In this document: in pieces, positions 10,729 through 23,666 of the stretch | How positions within the stretch are numbered: the stretch's first letter is position 1 | How the letters are laid out: every line of letters begins with the position of its first letter | Assembly: GCA_046726415.1 (NCBI GenBank) | Contig: JBKPAK010000213.1 | Span: 1-64,000 of the forward strand | Source of the DNA: Candidatus Methylomirabilota bacterium | GTDB taxonomy: Bacteria > Methylomirabilota > Methylomirabilia > Rokubacteriales > CSP1-6 | Direction: 5' to 3' | Length of the DNA stretch: 64,000 bases | Notes under the pieces: generated by a model | What the model was told of the DNA's origin: nothing | Database searches by the model: none | Seen by the model: the letters and a program-made list of their open reading frames with translations, nothing else | Made by a program: the position numbers and the translations under genes

Positions 10729-11442
10729 CTAGCGCGGCGGGAAACCACCCGCCTCGACCAGGGTGCCGAGGAGGGAGTGGAAGATGCGAAGGCCGTCCGT
10801 CCCCCCCATTGCCGTCTCCGCCACTCGCTCGGGATGCGGCATCAAGCCGAGGACAGTGCCCGCCTCGTTGACGATGCCCGCGATGCTTTCCAGCGAGCCG
10901 TTGGGATTGGCGGACGGCGCCTCAAGACCGTCGGCAGTGGTGTAGCGGAAGATCACCCGTCGCTGCGCATTGAGCCGCTGCAGGGTGTCAGAATCGGCGC
11001 AGTACTTGCCCTCACCGTGCGAGATCGGCATCGTCAGGACCTGCCCCTTCTCGAGACTGCGCGTGAAGGGAGTGTCGGCATTCTCCACCCTGAGATGGAC
11101 GGACTGGCAGCGGTACTGCAAGCATTCGTTCCGCATCAACGCCCCGGGAAGGAGGCCCGCTTCACACAGGATCTGGAACCCGTTGCACGAGCCCAGCACG
11201 AGACCACCCTTCACCACGAAGTCGCCGAGGGCCTCCACGATCGGTGACCGCGCCGCCACCGCGCCGGCTCTCAGATAGTCGCCATAGGCGAAGCCACCGG
11301 GGAGGATCACGCAGTCGAGGGCGCGCAGGTCCGTCTCTCGATGCCAGATATCGCGAACGGGCTGACCGAGGACGTCGGCAATGACGTAGTGGAAGTCGGC
11401 GTCACTCCAGGTGCCGGGGAAGGTGACCACGCCGAAGTTCAT
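10729..11442 (-). CDS. purQ: phosphoribosylformylglycinamidine synthase subunit PurQ
   Basis: [36 protein letters not shown]. Confidence 0.96.
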   Translation of the reverse strand: MNFGVVTFPGTWSDADFHYVIADVLGQPVRDIWHRETDLRALDCVILPGGFAYGDYLRAGAVAARSPIVEALGDFVVKGGLVLGSCNGFQILCEAGLLPGALMRNECLQYRCQSVHLRVENADTPFTRSLEKGQVLTMPISHGEGKYCADSDTLQRLNAQRRVIFRYTTADGLEAPSANPNGSLESIAGIVNEAGTVLGLMPHPERVAETAMGGTDGLRIFHSLLGTLVEAGGFPPR

Positions 11443-11456
11443 GCCGCGACTCCATC

Positions 11457-11726
11457 TTAGCGTCCCGGGCGCGAACCGGCAACCTCCCCGACGACCTCGA
11501 CCACGTAGTCTTCGAGAATGGGATTGGCCAGAAGCCGACGGCACATCTCGTCGGCCCGCGCGCGCGCGTGCTCCGAGGTGGGGGCCTCGATCTCCATCTC
11601 GATCACCTTCCCGATCCGGAGCTCGCTGAGGTCCGAGAAGCCCAGTCCCACGAGGGCGCGCTGGACCGCCGTGCCTTGGACGTCCATGATGCCCGGCTTC
11701 AGCCGGACCAAAACCCGGAGCGTCAC
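11457..11726 (-). CDS. purS: phosphoribosylformylglycinamidine synthase subunit PurS
   Basis: LKPGIMDVQG, RIGKVI, MCRRLLANPILEDY. Confidence 0.93.
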   Translation of the reverse strand: MTLRVLVRLKPGIMDVQGTAVQRALVGLGFSDLSELRIGKVIEMEIEAPTSEHARARADEMCRRLLANPILEDYVVEVVGEVAGSRPGR

Positions 11727-11870
11727 CGGAGTCGTGATAGCGCCGAGGCGGCGCCCGAGGCTTCGCGCGCCGGCACATCGCTCCAGGGCTCCACGCCCCC
11801 CGCGTGCCGGCCCCGGTAGCCTCCGCGTTGCCCACCCCCGATCACGTCCCTCGCTCCGAACGCCCGGACG

Positions 11871-13166
11871 TCAGGAGAGACCCAGTCGCTGGAAGACCGC
11901 GTCCACGTTGCGTACGTACCAGTCTGGTTCGAAGCAAGCCTTCAATTCTTGGGCGCTCACCCGCTCGGTCACGGCGGGGTCAGCAGCCAGAAGGTCGAAG
12001 AAGGGGCGCCGCTCGCGCCACGCCCGCATGGCGTGGCGCTGCACCAGCTCGTAAGCGACCTGCCGGGCGAGGCCGGCCTCCGTCAGGCGCAGGAGCACGC
12101 GCTGAGAGTAGACGAGACCATGACTCCGCTCGAAATTTTCGATCATGCGCCCCGGATCGACGTGTAACCCGTCCAGGACGGTGACCGTCAAGTCCAGGAT
12201 GTAATCGAGGAGGATCGTGGAGTCAGGCAGAATGACCCGCTCGACTGACGAATGGCTGATGTCCCGCTCGTGCCAGAGCGCGACGTTCTCCAGGGAGGCC
12301 AGGGCGTTCGTGCGGAGCAGGCGAGCCAGGCCGCAAATCCGCTCGGACAGCTCGGGATTGCGCTTGTGCGGCATGGCGCTCGAACCCTTCTGGCCTTCCG
12401 CGAACGGCTCTTGCAGCTCCAGCGTTTCCGTGCGCTGGAGGCTCCGCACCTCAACCGCGATCTTCTCGAGCGACGCGGCGGCGATGGCGAGGACCGCGCA
12501 ATACTCGGCGTGCCGGTCGCGCTGGATCACCTGGGTCGACGCCGGGGCCGCAGCCAGTCCGAGGTCCCGGCAGACCTCCTCCTCGAGTTCGGGGTCGACG
12601 TGGGCGAAGCTTCCCACTGCGCCAGAAATTTTCCCGACGGCGATCGCCTCGCGCGCCCGGTGCAGCCGCTCGAGGTTCCGGCCGGCCTCCGCGTACCACA
12701 CAGCAACCTTGAGGCCGAAGGTGATGGGCTCCGCGTGCACGCCGTGAGTCCGCCCTAGCATGACTGTGTCCTTGTAGCGGAGGGCGAGGGCGCGGAGCAC
12801 GTCGCGCAGGCGCTCCTGCCCGGCGATGAGGAGGTCGGCCGCGTCGCGCAGCTGGAGCGCCGTGGCCGTGTCCCACACGTCGGACGAGGTCAGGCCCATG
12901 TGGACGAACCGGGAGTCCTCGTCCAGATACTCCTCGAGGTTGGTCAGCAGGGCGATCATCTCGTGCTTCACCCGGCCCAGGATCTCCTGGATGCGCCCGA
13001 CGTCGATCCGGGCCTTGGCCCGGATGCGCTCCATGGCCGCGGGCGGGATGCGGCCGCGCCGCGCGTACGCCTCGCACACCGCCATCTCGACGCGAAGCCA
13101 CGCGCGGTACTTGGCCTCATCGCTCCAGATGGCGCCCATGGCCTGACGCGTGTAACGCTCGATCAT
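11871..13166 (-). CDS. purB: adenylosuccinate lyase
   Basis: MIERYT, GRTHGVHAEP, GSSAMPHKRNP, WHERDISHSSVER. Confidence 0.97.
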   Translation of the reverse strand: MIERYTRQAMGAIWSDEAKYRAWLRVEMAVCEAYARRGRIPPAAMERIRAKARIDVGRIQEILGRVKHEMIALLTNLEEYLDEDSRFVHMGLTSSDVWDTATALQLRDAADLLIAGQERLRDVLRALALRYKDTVMLGRTHGVHAEPITFGLKVAVWYAEAGRNLERLHRAREAIAVGKISGAVGSFAHVDPELEEEVCRDLGLAAAPASTQVIQRDRHAEYCAVLAIAAASLEKIAVEVRSLQRTETLELQEPFAEGQKGSSAMPHKRNPELSERICGLARLLRTNALASLENVALWHERDISHSSVERVILPDSTILLDYILDLTVTVLDGLHVDPGRMIENFERSHGLVYSQRVLLRLTEAGLARQVAYELVQRHAMRAWRERRPFFDLLAADPAVTERVSAQELKACFEPDWYVRNVDAVFQRLGLS

Positions 13167-13220
13167 GCGGATGCTACTCCGAGCGGAGGTCGCCCAACAG
13201 GCATCGTCGGCGCCGATCCT

Positions 13221-13283
13221 CTCGTGCGCTCAACGGTGAAGCAATCGCGAGCTCGTGCGCTCAGCGGTGAAGCAACTCGCGAG
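13221..13283 (-). repeat. 31-32 bp tandem duplication spanning the M16 peptidase stop codon
   Basis: ctcgtgcgctcaacggtgaagcaatcgcgag followed directly by ctcgtgcgctcagcggtgaagcaactcgcgag. Confidence 0.9.
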
Positions 13284-14518
13284 GCAGGTTGCGGCGGTCG
13301 AGGGGGCCGAGGGTGGTGAGGGCAAGATGCTCTTCGTCGAGCAGCTGGCCCAGCAAGGCTTGGACCTCCTCGAGGCGCACCCCGGCGATGGCCGCCAGCA
13401 TGGCATCCATGGAGAGGAATGTCGCAAAATGCATCTCCTGCTTGGCCAGTCGGTTCATGCGACTGCTGGTGGACTCGAGGCCGAGCATGAGACTACCTTT
13501 GAGGTGGTCGCGAGCCCGCGCCAGCTCGTCTTCGGTGATCCCGCTCTTCTTCAGCTCGCGCAGCTCTTTCAAGATCGACTTGAGCATCTTCGAGAAGTTC
13601 GAGGCGTCGGTGGCGGCGTACAGGTAGAGCAGGCCGGTATCGAGGTAGCTCTGCGCCCCGGAGTGGATGGAGTATACCAGCCCCTGCCGCTCGCGGACCT
13701 CCTGGAACAGCCGTGACGACATGCTGCCCCCGATAATGTCGTTGAGGACGAAGAGGGCGTAGCGCTCGGGCGCCGCGTGAGACAGTCCGGGAAAGCCCAT
13801 CACGACGTGGACCTGCTCCAACGTCTTGCCGACGATTTGCACCCCTGGTGACAGGCGCGGCGGGGCGTCCGTCCGGTCCATGGGCGTCCGCTGGAAACCC
13901 TCAAAGGCCCGGGCGAACAAGTCCACCACGCGCTCGTGCTCGACGTTGCCGGCGACGGCCACGATGATCGTGGGGGGAACGTACTCCTCGGCAAAGTGGT
14001 CGAGCACAGCCTGCCGGCTGAATCCGTTCACCCGGTCGCGCGTGCCCAGGATGGGACGGCCCAGCGGATGACCGACCCACACCTGCTCCGCGAAGATGTC
14101 GTGGATGATGTCGTCCGGTGTATCCTCCACCATTTTGATCTCCTGGAGGACCACCGACTTCTCTCGCTCGAGCTCCTCGCTGTCGAACAGGGGGTGCAGG
14201 AGGATGTCGGTCAGCAGATCGACGGCCAGGGGCAGGTGCTCGTCCAGAACCTGCACGTAGAAGCAGGTGTGCTCCTTGGTGGTGAAGGCGTCCATCTGGC
14301 CTCCCACCGAATCCATGGTCCGCGCGATGGTCTCGGCACTCCGGTTGGCCGTACCCTTGAACACGAGGTGCTCGATGAGGTGCGAGATGCCGCCGCGATT
14401 GTCGGGCTCCCGGCGCGACCCCGTGCCCAACCAAATCCCCACGGCCACCGAACGGACATGGGGCATGCGCTCGGTCAGGACGCGAATGCCGTTGGGCAGA
14501 ACGCTCTTCCGGTACTCT

Positions 14519-14526
<8 letters not shown>
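13261..14526 (-). CDS. M16 family zinc peptidase (YmxG-like)
   Basis: Inverted zinc motif HLIEH, SSRLFQEVRERQGLVY; downstream of pnp. Confidence 0.92.
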
Positions 14527-16657
<2,131 letters not shown>

Positions 16658-16787
16658 ACGAATGCTTGTCCTCGTGGTTCGGCCGTTTTCCGGCGACCAC
16701 CATTAGGAGGCGGCAGCAGTCCGCGCCTCTGGGCCCCCGGGGTCTTTCCGTCCGAGGACCAGCAACACTCCGCGCGGGAACGCCCGT

Positions 16788-17057
16788 TCACCGGCGAATG
16801 CCGAGCCTATCGAGCAAGGCTCGATATCGCTCGGGATCCTCCCGCTTGAGGTACTCGATAAGCCCTCGCCGCTTGCCGATCAGCATGAGCAACCCGCGCC
16901 GGGAGTGATGGTCCTTGGCGTGCTGCTTGAAATGCTCCGTGAGTCCGTTGATCCGCTCGCTCAGCAGAGCGATCTGGACCTCGGGAGAGCCAGTGTCACC
17001 TTCGTGCGTCCTGAACTGCTCGATCAGGTCCTTCTTCCTCTCGGCGGTCAGCGGCAT
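16788..17057 (-). CDS. rpsO: 30S ribosomal protein S15
   Basis: [22 protein letters not shown]. Confidence 0.98.
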   Translation of the reverse strand: MPLTAERKKDLIEQFRTHEGDTGSPEVQIALLSERINGLTEHFKQHAKDHHSRRGLLMLIGKRRGLIEYLKREDPERYRALLDRLGIRR

Positions 17058-17202
17058 TGGAGGGCCCCCTTACAATCGCCACGCCCCAGGGAGGTGCTCC
17101 GCCGGAACGGGTTCAAAAAGGCTTACGCCATCAGCAGATACCATTACTCTAACACGGGTCCTCCGCGCAGGCCAGATCTCGGAGGAACGGGAACCACGCA
17201 CT

Positions 17203-18120
17203 CTACAGCAGGCTGGCGGCAAGCGCGGCGTCGGCCGCGATTTGCCGACGGAGGGCTTCCACCGAGGGGAATTTCATCTCCTCTCTCAGCCGTTTGACCA
17301 GCGCGAGATCGATGCGGTTTTCATAGAGATCGTCATGAAAATCGAGGAGATGCGCCTCGATCGCCACCTCGTTCTCACCGAACGTTGGCTGCCGTCCCAC
17401 GTTGAGCACCGCCTTGTGGACGCTCTCGCCCACCCGCGCCCGACAGGCATAGACGCCCAGCGGGACCAGGGGAGGACGTTCGGGTCTCACATTCGCTGTT
17501 GGGAATCCAAGCGTCCGGCCGCGACCCGCGCCGCGCACTACCTTTCCGGCGACGGAGTACTCCCGTCCCAGCAGCCGATTAGCCCGCTCCAGATCACCGC
17601 GCTGCAAGGCGGCGCGGATCTCCGACGACGAGACGGGAATGCCGTCGACGATCAGAGGTGGTATCACGTGGGCTCGAAAGCCCAAGCGCCCGGCCAAGGC
17701 CTCCAGCAGTGCGGGATCGCCGCGCGCGCCCCGCCCGAAGCGGTGGTTGAATCCGACGACGATCTCCACGACGCCGAGCCGCCGCAGCATCACGTCTTCG
17801 ATGAACACCTCGGGCTCAACCGCCGCCAGCTCCGCCGTGAAATGAAGCACGACCGTGGTGTCGATGCCCGCCTCGGCGATCAGATCGAGCCTCTCCTCGA
17901 GGGTCGTGATGGGAAGCGGGGCGCGAGTCGGTTGAAGCACTTCCACCGGACTGGGATCGAACGTGCACGCGAGCGAGGCGGCGCGGATGGCCTGTGCGCG
18001 CTCCACCGCCACCCCGAGGATCTTGCGGTGACCGAGATGGATGCCATCGAACGCGCCTAGGGCGACGACCCCCCCGGCTGCCTCAGGCCGGAAGGACTCG
18101 AGCCCCCGAACGATCCGCAC
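17203..18120 (-). CDS. ribF: bifunctional riboflavin kinase/FAD synthetase
   Basis: GAFDGIHLGH, VSSSEIR, GRTLGFPTAN, IEAHLLDF, LREEMKF. Confidence 0.95.
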   Translation of the reverse strand: MRIVRGLESFRPEAAGGVVALGAFDGIHLGHRKILGVAVERAQAIRAASLACTFDPSPVEVLQPTRAPLPITTLEERLDLIAEAGIDTTVVLHFTAELAAVEPEVFIEDVMLRRLGVVEIVVGFNHRFGRGARGDPALLEALAGRLGFRAHVIPPLIVDGIPVSSSEIRAALQRGDLERANRLLGREYSVAGKVVRGAGRGRTLGFPTANVRPERPPLVPLGVYACRARVGESVHKAVLNVGRQPTFGENEVAIEAHLLDFHDDLYENRIDLALVKRLREEMKFPSVEALRRQIAADAALAASLL

Positions 18121-19021
18121 CGACGATCCGCTCTGGCCGCACTCGGGTGCCGCTCGAGACGACCTCGCCAATCCCGAGGAACCTCCCCTGCCCGTCTCGA
18201 ACGCGGACGAGTGACTCTCCCATCCCTCTGCGCAGCATGGCGACGTGCTGCCCGTGGACGAACGCCACCGCATCCCGCTCGGCAAGCTCCACGATCGGCC
18301 AGCCCGCGAGCGGCGCATCGACTGGGAGCAGTCGTGCCAGCACGGCCGAGCGCTCCATCCGTGCAAGCTCGTCCGATGGCAACGCCTGGCCCCGCGTGAA
18401 CGGACCCACGCGTTCCCGGACGAGGCGCTCTAGGGCGCCCCCACAACCGAGATCAGCGCCCAGGTCGGCGGCAAGCGTCCGGATATACGTGCCCTTGCCG
18501 CACACGATCCGGACTTGCACGCGGTCCTCACGCACGTCCAGAACGTCTATGGAGTGGACCGTGACCTCGCGCGCTTCACGCGCGACCTCGACCCCCTGAC
18601 GGGCCAGCTCGTAGAGACGTCGGCCTGCGTGGTGGACAGCAGAGAACATGGGAGGCGTCTGCCGAATGCGACCGACGAACCGTCGGCATGTCCGGTCGAC
18701 TCGATCGTGATCCAGCATGGGAACGGGCGCCCTGGCCACGACTCGCCCTTCGAGATCGTGGGTGTCGGTCGTGATGCCGAGCCGGATGGTCGCGACGTAC
18801 TCCTTCTCCTGATCCACGAGGTACGGCATCATCTTGGTCGCTTCCCCTACGAGCAGGGGAAGCACGCCGACGGCGGCAGGATCGAGCGTACCCGCGTGGC
18901 CGATGCGGCGCTCGCCGAGGGCCTGCCGGCCGCGAGCGACGACATCGAACGACGTGAGTCCGGCCGCCTTGTCGATCACCACCACTCCCGAGCACGTCGA
19001 ATGGCGGGCGCGCAGCGCCAC
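18083..19021 (-). CDS. truB: tRNA pseudouridine(55) synthase
   Basis: IDKAAGLTSFDVV, GHAGTLDP, QTPPMFSA, KGTYIRTL. Confidence 0.95.
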   Translation of the reverse strand: MALRARHSTCSGVVVIDKAAGLTSFDVVARGRQALGERRIGHAGTLDPAAVGVLPLLVGEATKMMPYLVDQEKEYVATIRLGITTDTHDLEGRVVARAPVPMLDHDRVDRTCRRFVGRIRQTPPMFSAVHHAGRRLYELARQGVEVAREAREVTVHSIDVLDVREDRVQVRIVCGKGTYIRTLAADLGADLGCGGALERLVRERVGPFTRGQALPSDELARMERSAVLARLLPVDAPLAGWPIVELAERDAVAFVHGQHVAMLRRGMGESLVRVRDGQGRFLGIGEVVSSGTRVRPERIVGADRSGARVLPA

Positions 19022-19023
19022 GT

Positions 19024-20010
19024 CTAGGCGCCTCGCCCGCCGACGCCGTGCAGGGCCGCCTCCACCGCGGCGAGCACGTCCCTGATCGCGTCCTCCAGTG
19101 ACCCGGCCAGGGTGCACCCCGCCGCGTTGCGATGCCCTCCCCCGCCGAATTGAGAGGCGATCCGATTGACGTCGACATCCCCCTTGCCTCGAAGACTCAC
19201 CTTGACGCGGCCTTCCCGCTCGCGAAAGAGACAGGCCACGCGGACGGAGTCGATCGACCGCGGATAGTTGATGAGGTCCTCGGCCTCGATGAACGACTCT
19301 GGCACGAGCCCGGGGGGCACGGCCAGCCAGGCCACCCGCCCGTCCTCGCTCACCTGGACAAGTGCCAGCACCTTGCCGAGCCAGCCCAACGCCTCGCGCG
19401 GACGGCGCTCGTAGAGCGCGCTGGCCACCCGGGCCGGGTCGGCGCCGGCGCTCACGAGGGCGGCCGCGATGCGAAACGTGTCAGGCGTCACGTTGGAATA
19501 GCGGAAAGAGCCGGTGTCAGTGTGGATGGCCGTGTACAAGTTGGTCGCCAACGCCGGGGTCACTGCCACTCCGAGGGCAACGAGCAACTCGTACACCAAC
19601 TCGCCCGTCGCCGCCGCGGTCGAATCGACCCAGTTCACATCGCCATAACGCCGGTTGTCGGGATGATGATCGACGTTCAGCACGCAGCGGGTCGCGGCGC
19701 GAGCTTGAGCCAGGAGGCCTTCGGTGCGGTCCGGGTTGGGGCAGTCCGTCAGGACCGTGAGGTCGAAGGCATCCACGACTTCGTCGAGGGTGTGATACCG
19801 CTCAACTCCCGGTAGGAAGTCGAGGATGGCGGGGGCCGGATGAGGTCCGCCGTAGAGCACATTCCATCCGCGGCTCTCCAGAGCCAGACCCAGCGCGAGG
19901 AGAGTTCCCAGGACGTCGGCGTCGGGATGCACATGACCGAGCATCAACGCCCGTCCACTGTGGCCCCGGACGGCGGCCAAGGCGTCGGCGGGAACCCTGA
20001 GCCCCGTCAC
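19024..20010 (-). CDS. nrnA: DHH/DHHA1 phosphoesterase (NrnA-like)
   Basis: HVHPDAD, NVDHH, TDTGSFRY, GGGHRNAAG. Confidence 0.9.
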   Translation of the reverse strand: MTGLRVPADALAAVRGHSGRALMLGHVHPDADVLGTLLALGLALESRGWNVLYGGPHPAPAILDFLPGVERYHTLDEVVDAFDLTVLTDCPNPDRTEGLLAQARAATRCVLNVDHHPDNRRYGDVNWVDSTAAATGELVYELLVALGVAVTPALATNLYTAIHTDTGSFRYSNVTPDTFRIAAALVSAGADPARVASALYERRPREALGWLGKVLALVQVSEDGRVAWLAVPPGLVPESFIEAEDLINYPRSIDSVRVACLFREREGRVKVSLRGKGDVDVNRIASQFGGGGHRNAAGCTLAGSLEDAIRDVLAAVEAALHGVGGRGA

Positions 20011-20360
20011 GCCGGGCGCTCGCCGGCGAGTCGCTTGAGGAGAGCCTGGATGCGGGCGCCATGCTCCATCGATCGATCGGCCCGGAACTCCAGAATCGGG
20101 GTCACGCGAAGATCGAGGTGATCGCGGAGCCAGTGCCGGATGAAGCCGCGCGCACTCGCCAATCCCTCCAGCGACGACACCCATTGCTCCTCCGTGCCCA
20201 ACACGGACACGTAGATCTTGGCCAGGCGTAGATCCTTCGTGGTCTCGACCTCGGTGATGGTCACGAAGCCCAACCGCGGGTCCTTGAGCTCCCGTTGGAG
20301 GAGCATCGACACCTCCTCCTTGATGAGCTGATTCACGCGGTCCAGGCGCTTGCCTTGCAC
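20007..20360 (-). CDS. rbfA: ribosome-binding factor A
   Basis: RLDRVNQLIKEE, KDPRLGFVTITEV, TPILEF..D.S.E.G. Confidence 0.95.
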   Translation of the reverse strand: MQGKRLDRVNQLIKEEVSMLLQRELKDPRLGFVTITEVETTKDLRLAKIYVSVLGTEEQWVSSLEGLASARGFIRHWLRDHLDLRVTPILEFRADRSMEHGARIQALLKRLAGERPA

Positions 20361-20481
20361 TCGACTTAACGCCGGGGGAAGCGGCGCTGCTTTCCCCGAG
20401 ATCTCCCACCGGAATCGCTCGGAGCGCTGGTCCCCGATTGCCGCAGCCAAGCCGCCGCTACGGCGCGTCGGTCCCAGGCTC

Positions 20482-20772
20482 TCACAGGGCCTCCACTGAA
20501 GTGTCGAGCACGTGCCCGTCCACATTCGCCTCGATGAAATCGACGGCCTTGGCCACCACGGCATTGGCGTGCCGCCCGTCGTGAGACACGTACGCGACGG
20601 CCAGAGTCGCCCGCTGCCAGACGTCGTGGTGATCGACCTCGGCCACCGCGACCTCGAACCGGTTCCTGAGCTTGTCCTTGAGGCTCTTGAGGACCTGACG
20701 TTTGCCCTTCAGAGAATGGATGTCGGGGAGATGAAGCTCCACCGTGCCCAGGACCACGCGCGCGACGGACAT
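20482..20772 (-). CDS. DUF503 (YlxP) family protein
   Basis: SLKGKR..KSL..KLRNRFEVAVAEVDHHDVWQR; located between infB and rbfA. Confidence 0.9.
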   Translation of the reverse strand: MSVARVVLGTVELHLPDIHSLKGKRQVLKSLKDKLRNRFEVAVAEVDHHDVWQRATLAVAYVSHDGRHANAVVAKAVDFIEANVDGHVLDTSVEAL

Positions 20773-20791
20773 GCCGGGCCTCTGCGCGCGA

Positions 20792-23344
20792 TCAGAGCGT
20801 GCGCGCGACTTCCTCCGTCGTGAAAAATTCGAGGATGTCACCGGCCTGCACGCCACCCACGCTGACCCCGATACCGCACTCCAAACCCGCCGGCACCTCG
20901 CGCACCTCGTCCTTGAAGCGCTTCAGCGACGTCACCGTCCCCTCGCCCAGCCCGTCGGCACCCCGCTTGACGCGTACCCTCGCCGACCGCACGACCTTGC
21001 CCTCCTCGACGTAGCTGCCGCACACCGGGCCGAGCTTGGAGATGTTGAAGATCTGACGTACCTGGGCCCTGCCCACGATCGTCTCGCGGATCTCGGGGGC
21101 CAGCATCCCGGCCAGAGCGGCCCGCAGGTCATTGATGGCCTCGTAGATCACGTTGTAGTTCCGGACGTCCACTCCCGAGGCCTGGGCCTGGCTGGCGGCT
21201 TTTGGTTCGGCCTTGACGTTGAAGCCCAGCACGATGGCGTTGGAGGCCGAGGCCAGCATCACGTCGCTCTCGTTGATGGCCCCCACGGACGCGTGGATCA
21301 CCTTGAGCTTGACCTCTTCGGTCGACAGCCGCTCCAGCGACTCGGTCAGGGCCTCCACCGAACCCTGCACGTCGCCCTTCAGGATCAGTCGTAGTTCTTT
21401 CACCTCGCCGGTCTGGATCTGCTTGTGCAGCCCCTCCAGGGTGATCCGCGTCGCCGCTTTGGTTTTGGCGCGGTCGCGGTCCTGGCGCATCGCTGCGATC
21501 TGCCGGGCCTTTCGCTCGTCGGAGACGGCCACCAGGACATCGCCCGCCGAAGGAACTCCGGAAAGCCCGAGGACCTCGACGGCGTCGGATGGACCAGCCG
21601 ACTTCACCTTCTTGCCCGAGGCATCGACGAGGGCGCGAATCCTCCCCGAGTGCGCGCCGACGACCACCGCGTCCCCTTCTCGCAAGCTGCCGGTCTGGAT
21701 GAGCACGGTAGCGACAGCGCCCCGACCGCGGTCGAGCCGGCTCTCGATGATCACTCCCTTGGCGGCGCGATTGGGGTTGGCTTTCAACTCGAGGACTTCG
21801 GCCTGCAGGGCCGTCATCTCCAGGAGTTGCTCGATTCCGGTGCCCCGCTTGGCCGAGGTCGGCACGTAGATCGTCTGACCGCCCCACTCCTCGGGCACCA
21901 AGTCGAGATTGGCCAGCTCACGCTTGACTCGGTCGGAATCCGCCTCCGGTTTATCGATCTTGTTGACCGCCACCAGGATCGGTACGTTCGCCGCCCGCGC
22001 ATGGTTGACGGCCTCGACGGTCTGCGGCATCACCCCGTCGTCGGCCGCCACCACCAAGATCACGATGTCGGTGGCCTGAGCGCCGCGGGCCCGCATGGCC
22101 GTGAACGCCTCGTGTCCAGGTGTGTCCAGGAACGTGACCTTGCCATGCGAGGTCACGACCTGATAGGCGCCGATATGCTGCGTGATCCCCCCGAACTCTT
22201 TCTCCGCCACTTTGGTGCGTCGGATGGCGTCGAGGAGCGACGTTTTGCCGTGGTCGACGTGTCCCATGACGGTCACCACGGGAGGCCGCAGAGTCAGCTG
22301 CGCGGGATCGCTCTCGTCCTCCTCCAGGATACCGCCCTCCACGGAGCGAATCTCCAGGTCGACGTTGAACTTGTCAGCGACGAGCTTTGCCTCCGTGGGA
22401 TCGAGCAGGTCGTTCACCATGCGCATCACGCCGAGCTCGACGAGGGCCTTGATGACTTCACCCGACTTGCGTCGCATCTTTTCCGCCAGCTCGGCCACCG
22501 TCACTGACTCGGGCACACGGATCAGCTCCCGCCGGACCTCCGCGGGAGGCGCTTCGGCAGCGACTACTGGAATGGGTGGCGGCGTGATGACCGGTGGAAT
22601 GTCCAGGACAATCGGTGGTTCTGCGACGGGAACGGCACTCGGTTCCGCGACCGGGGGCGCCGTCGCCGCGGGAGGCACAACGGTAGGCGCCGGCTGCGGC
22701 CGGGGCGGACGCGGCGGCGAAGGAAGCGCCGCCGGCCGGGGTGGACCAATCGTCACCCGAGGTGGCGAAAAAGGCCCAACCGGCTGCCGAGGACTCCGGG
22801 GTGGGGGGGGGGGCGCCGCCGGGCGCTCGGTTGGCCGAAAGGGAACCACACGGGGTTCCGGCCGCCTGGGAGGCGCGGGGGGGGTGGAGGAAGGTTCCAC
22901 CGGCGACACCGCTGCTGCCGGCGCCACTGGCTCGATGACCGGAGGCTCTGGTTTGATCTCCGGTCTCGTGACGGCCGGGAGCTCGGGAGCGGGCTCCGTC
23001 GCGCTTGGTCTGGGCTTCACGATGGTTGCCGCAGGCTTGATATCGACCGGTATTTCTTCCTCGGAAGCCGCAGTCTTGCGGGCGCGCGTGGGCTTGACAG
23101 GCGCGCCGTCGCCTTCGGCGGCCTTGGTCGCCCTGGGTCGGGCTGCCCGCTTGGGCTTGGGCTCCTCGGGGAGCTCGCGTCCCTTTCCGAGCTTCACGCG
23201 AAGAGCGTTGGCAAGCGTGCTGTCGAGGGGCGTCATGGCACGCACGCCCTTATGTCCCATCTCCTCGGCGGCGACCATGAGATCTTTGCTGGTCACGCCG
23301 AGTTCCTTGGCGAGTTCGATCACCTTCACCTTGCCAGCTGCCAC
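20792..23344 (-). CDS. infB: translation initiation factor IF-2
   Basis: [34 protein letters not shown]; Pro-rich N-terminal linker. Confidence 0.97.
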   Translation of the reverse strand: MAAGKVKVIELAKELGVTSKDLMVAAEEMGHKGVRAMTPLDSTLANALRVKLGKGRELPEEPKPKRAARPRATKAAEGDGAPVKPTRARKTAASEEEIPVDIKPAATIVKPRPSATEPAPELPAVTRPEIKPEPPVIEPVAPAAAVSPVEPSSTPPAPPRRPEPRVVPFRPTERPAAPPPPPRSPRQPVGPFSPPRVTIGPPRPAALPSPPRPPRPQPAPTVVPPAATAPPVAEPSAVPVAEPPIVLDIPPVITPPPIPVVAAEAPPAEVRRELIRVPESVTVAELAEKMRRKSGEVIKALVELGVMRMVNDLLDPTEAKLVADKFNVDLEIRSVEGGILEEDESDPAQLTLRPPVVTVMGHVDHGKTSLLDAIRRTKVAEKEFGGITQHIGAYQVVTSHGKVTFLDTPGHEAFTAMRARGAQATDIVILVVAADDGVMPQTVEAVNHARAANVPILVAVNKIDKPEADSDRVKRELANLDLVPEEWGGQTIYVPTSAKRGTGIEQLLEMTALQAEVLELKANPNRAAKGVIIESRLDRGRGAVATVLIQTGSLREGDAVVVGAHSGRIRALVDASGKKVKSAGPSDAVEVLGLSGVPSAGDVLVAVSDERKARQIAAMRQDRDRAKTKAATRITLEGLHKQIQTGEVKELRLILKGDVQGSVEALTESLERLSTEEVKLKVIHASVGAINESDVMLASASNAIVLGFNVKAEPKAASQAQASGVDVRNYNVIYEAINDLRAALAGMLAPEIRETIVGRAQVRQIFNISKLGPVCGSYVEEGKVVRSARVRVKRGADGLGEGTVTSLKRFKDEVREVPAGLECGIGVSVGGVQAGDILEFFTTEEVARTL

Positions 23345-23592
23345 CGCTCCCTCACCTCCCCCGCCAGGCTCGGCCCAACAGCACATGGCTTCCTGAAGGC
23401 GTGTGCCAGCCGGCCTCGTTCCAGACCACGCGCCAGACACCTGGCCTCCGGGCACAGGTACGCGCCGCGCCCCCCTTCCCGGTCGGTCGAATCCACGATC
23501 ACCTCTCCGCTCCTCCTGAGCGCCAGCCGCACCAAGCTCACCTTGCCCTTCACAGCCCGGCACGCGACACACGTCCGCTGCGGCTGCCTCAC
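23326..23592 (-). CDS. ylxR: YlxR/DUF448 RNA-binding protein
   Basis: PQRTCVACR, GRGAYLC; between nusA and infB. Confidence 0.88.
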   Translation of the reverse strand: MRQPQRTCVACRAVKGKVSLVRLALRRSGEVIVDSTDREGGRGAYLCPEARCLARGLERGRLAHAFRKPCAVGPSLAGEVRERWQLAR

Positions 23593-23666
23593 GAGGGCCT
23601 CGGCCACCCGCACTTCGGCTGCCTCACGAGGGCCTCGGCCACCTGCGCTGCGATGCCTCACGAGGG
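23581..23666 (-). repeat. three tandem copies (34-35 bp period) of the nusA-stop/ylxR-start junction
   Basis: tgcctcacgaggg at 23585, 23620 and 23654; the first two copies share the 28 bp cggctgcctcacgagggcctcggccacc. Confidence 0.88.

Noticed and set aside
17058-17155. Possible rpsO (S15) leader RNA and extended -10 promoter
   Set aside because: Plausible by position, but I could not support a specific conserved structure by eye.
20374-20397. Imperfect inverted repeat upstream of rbfA
   Set aside because: There is no U tract and no second copy, so no function can be supported.
22803-22813. G11 homopolymer in infB as a phase-variation switch
   Set aside because: It encodes a poly-Pro stretch in the linker of an essential gene and the frame is intact.
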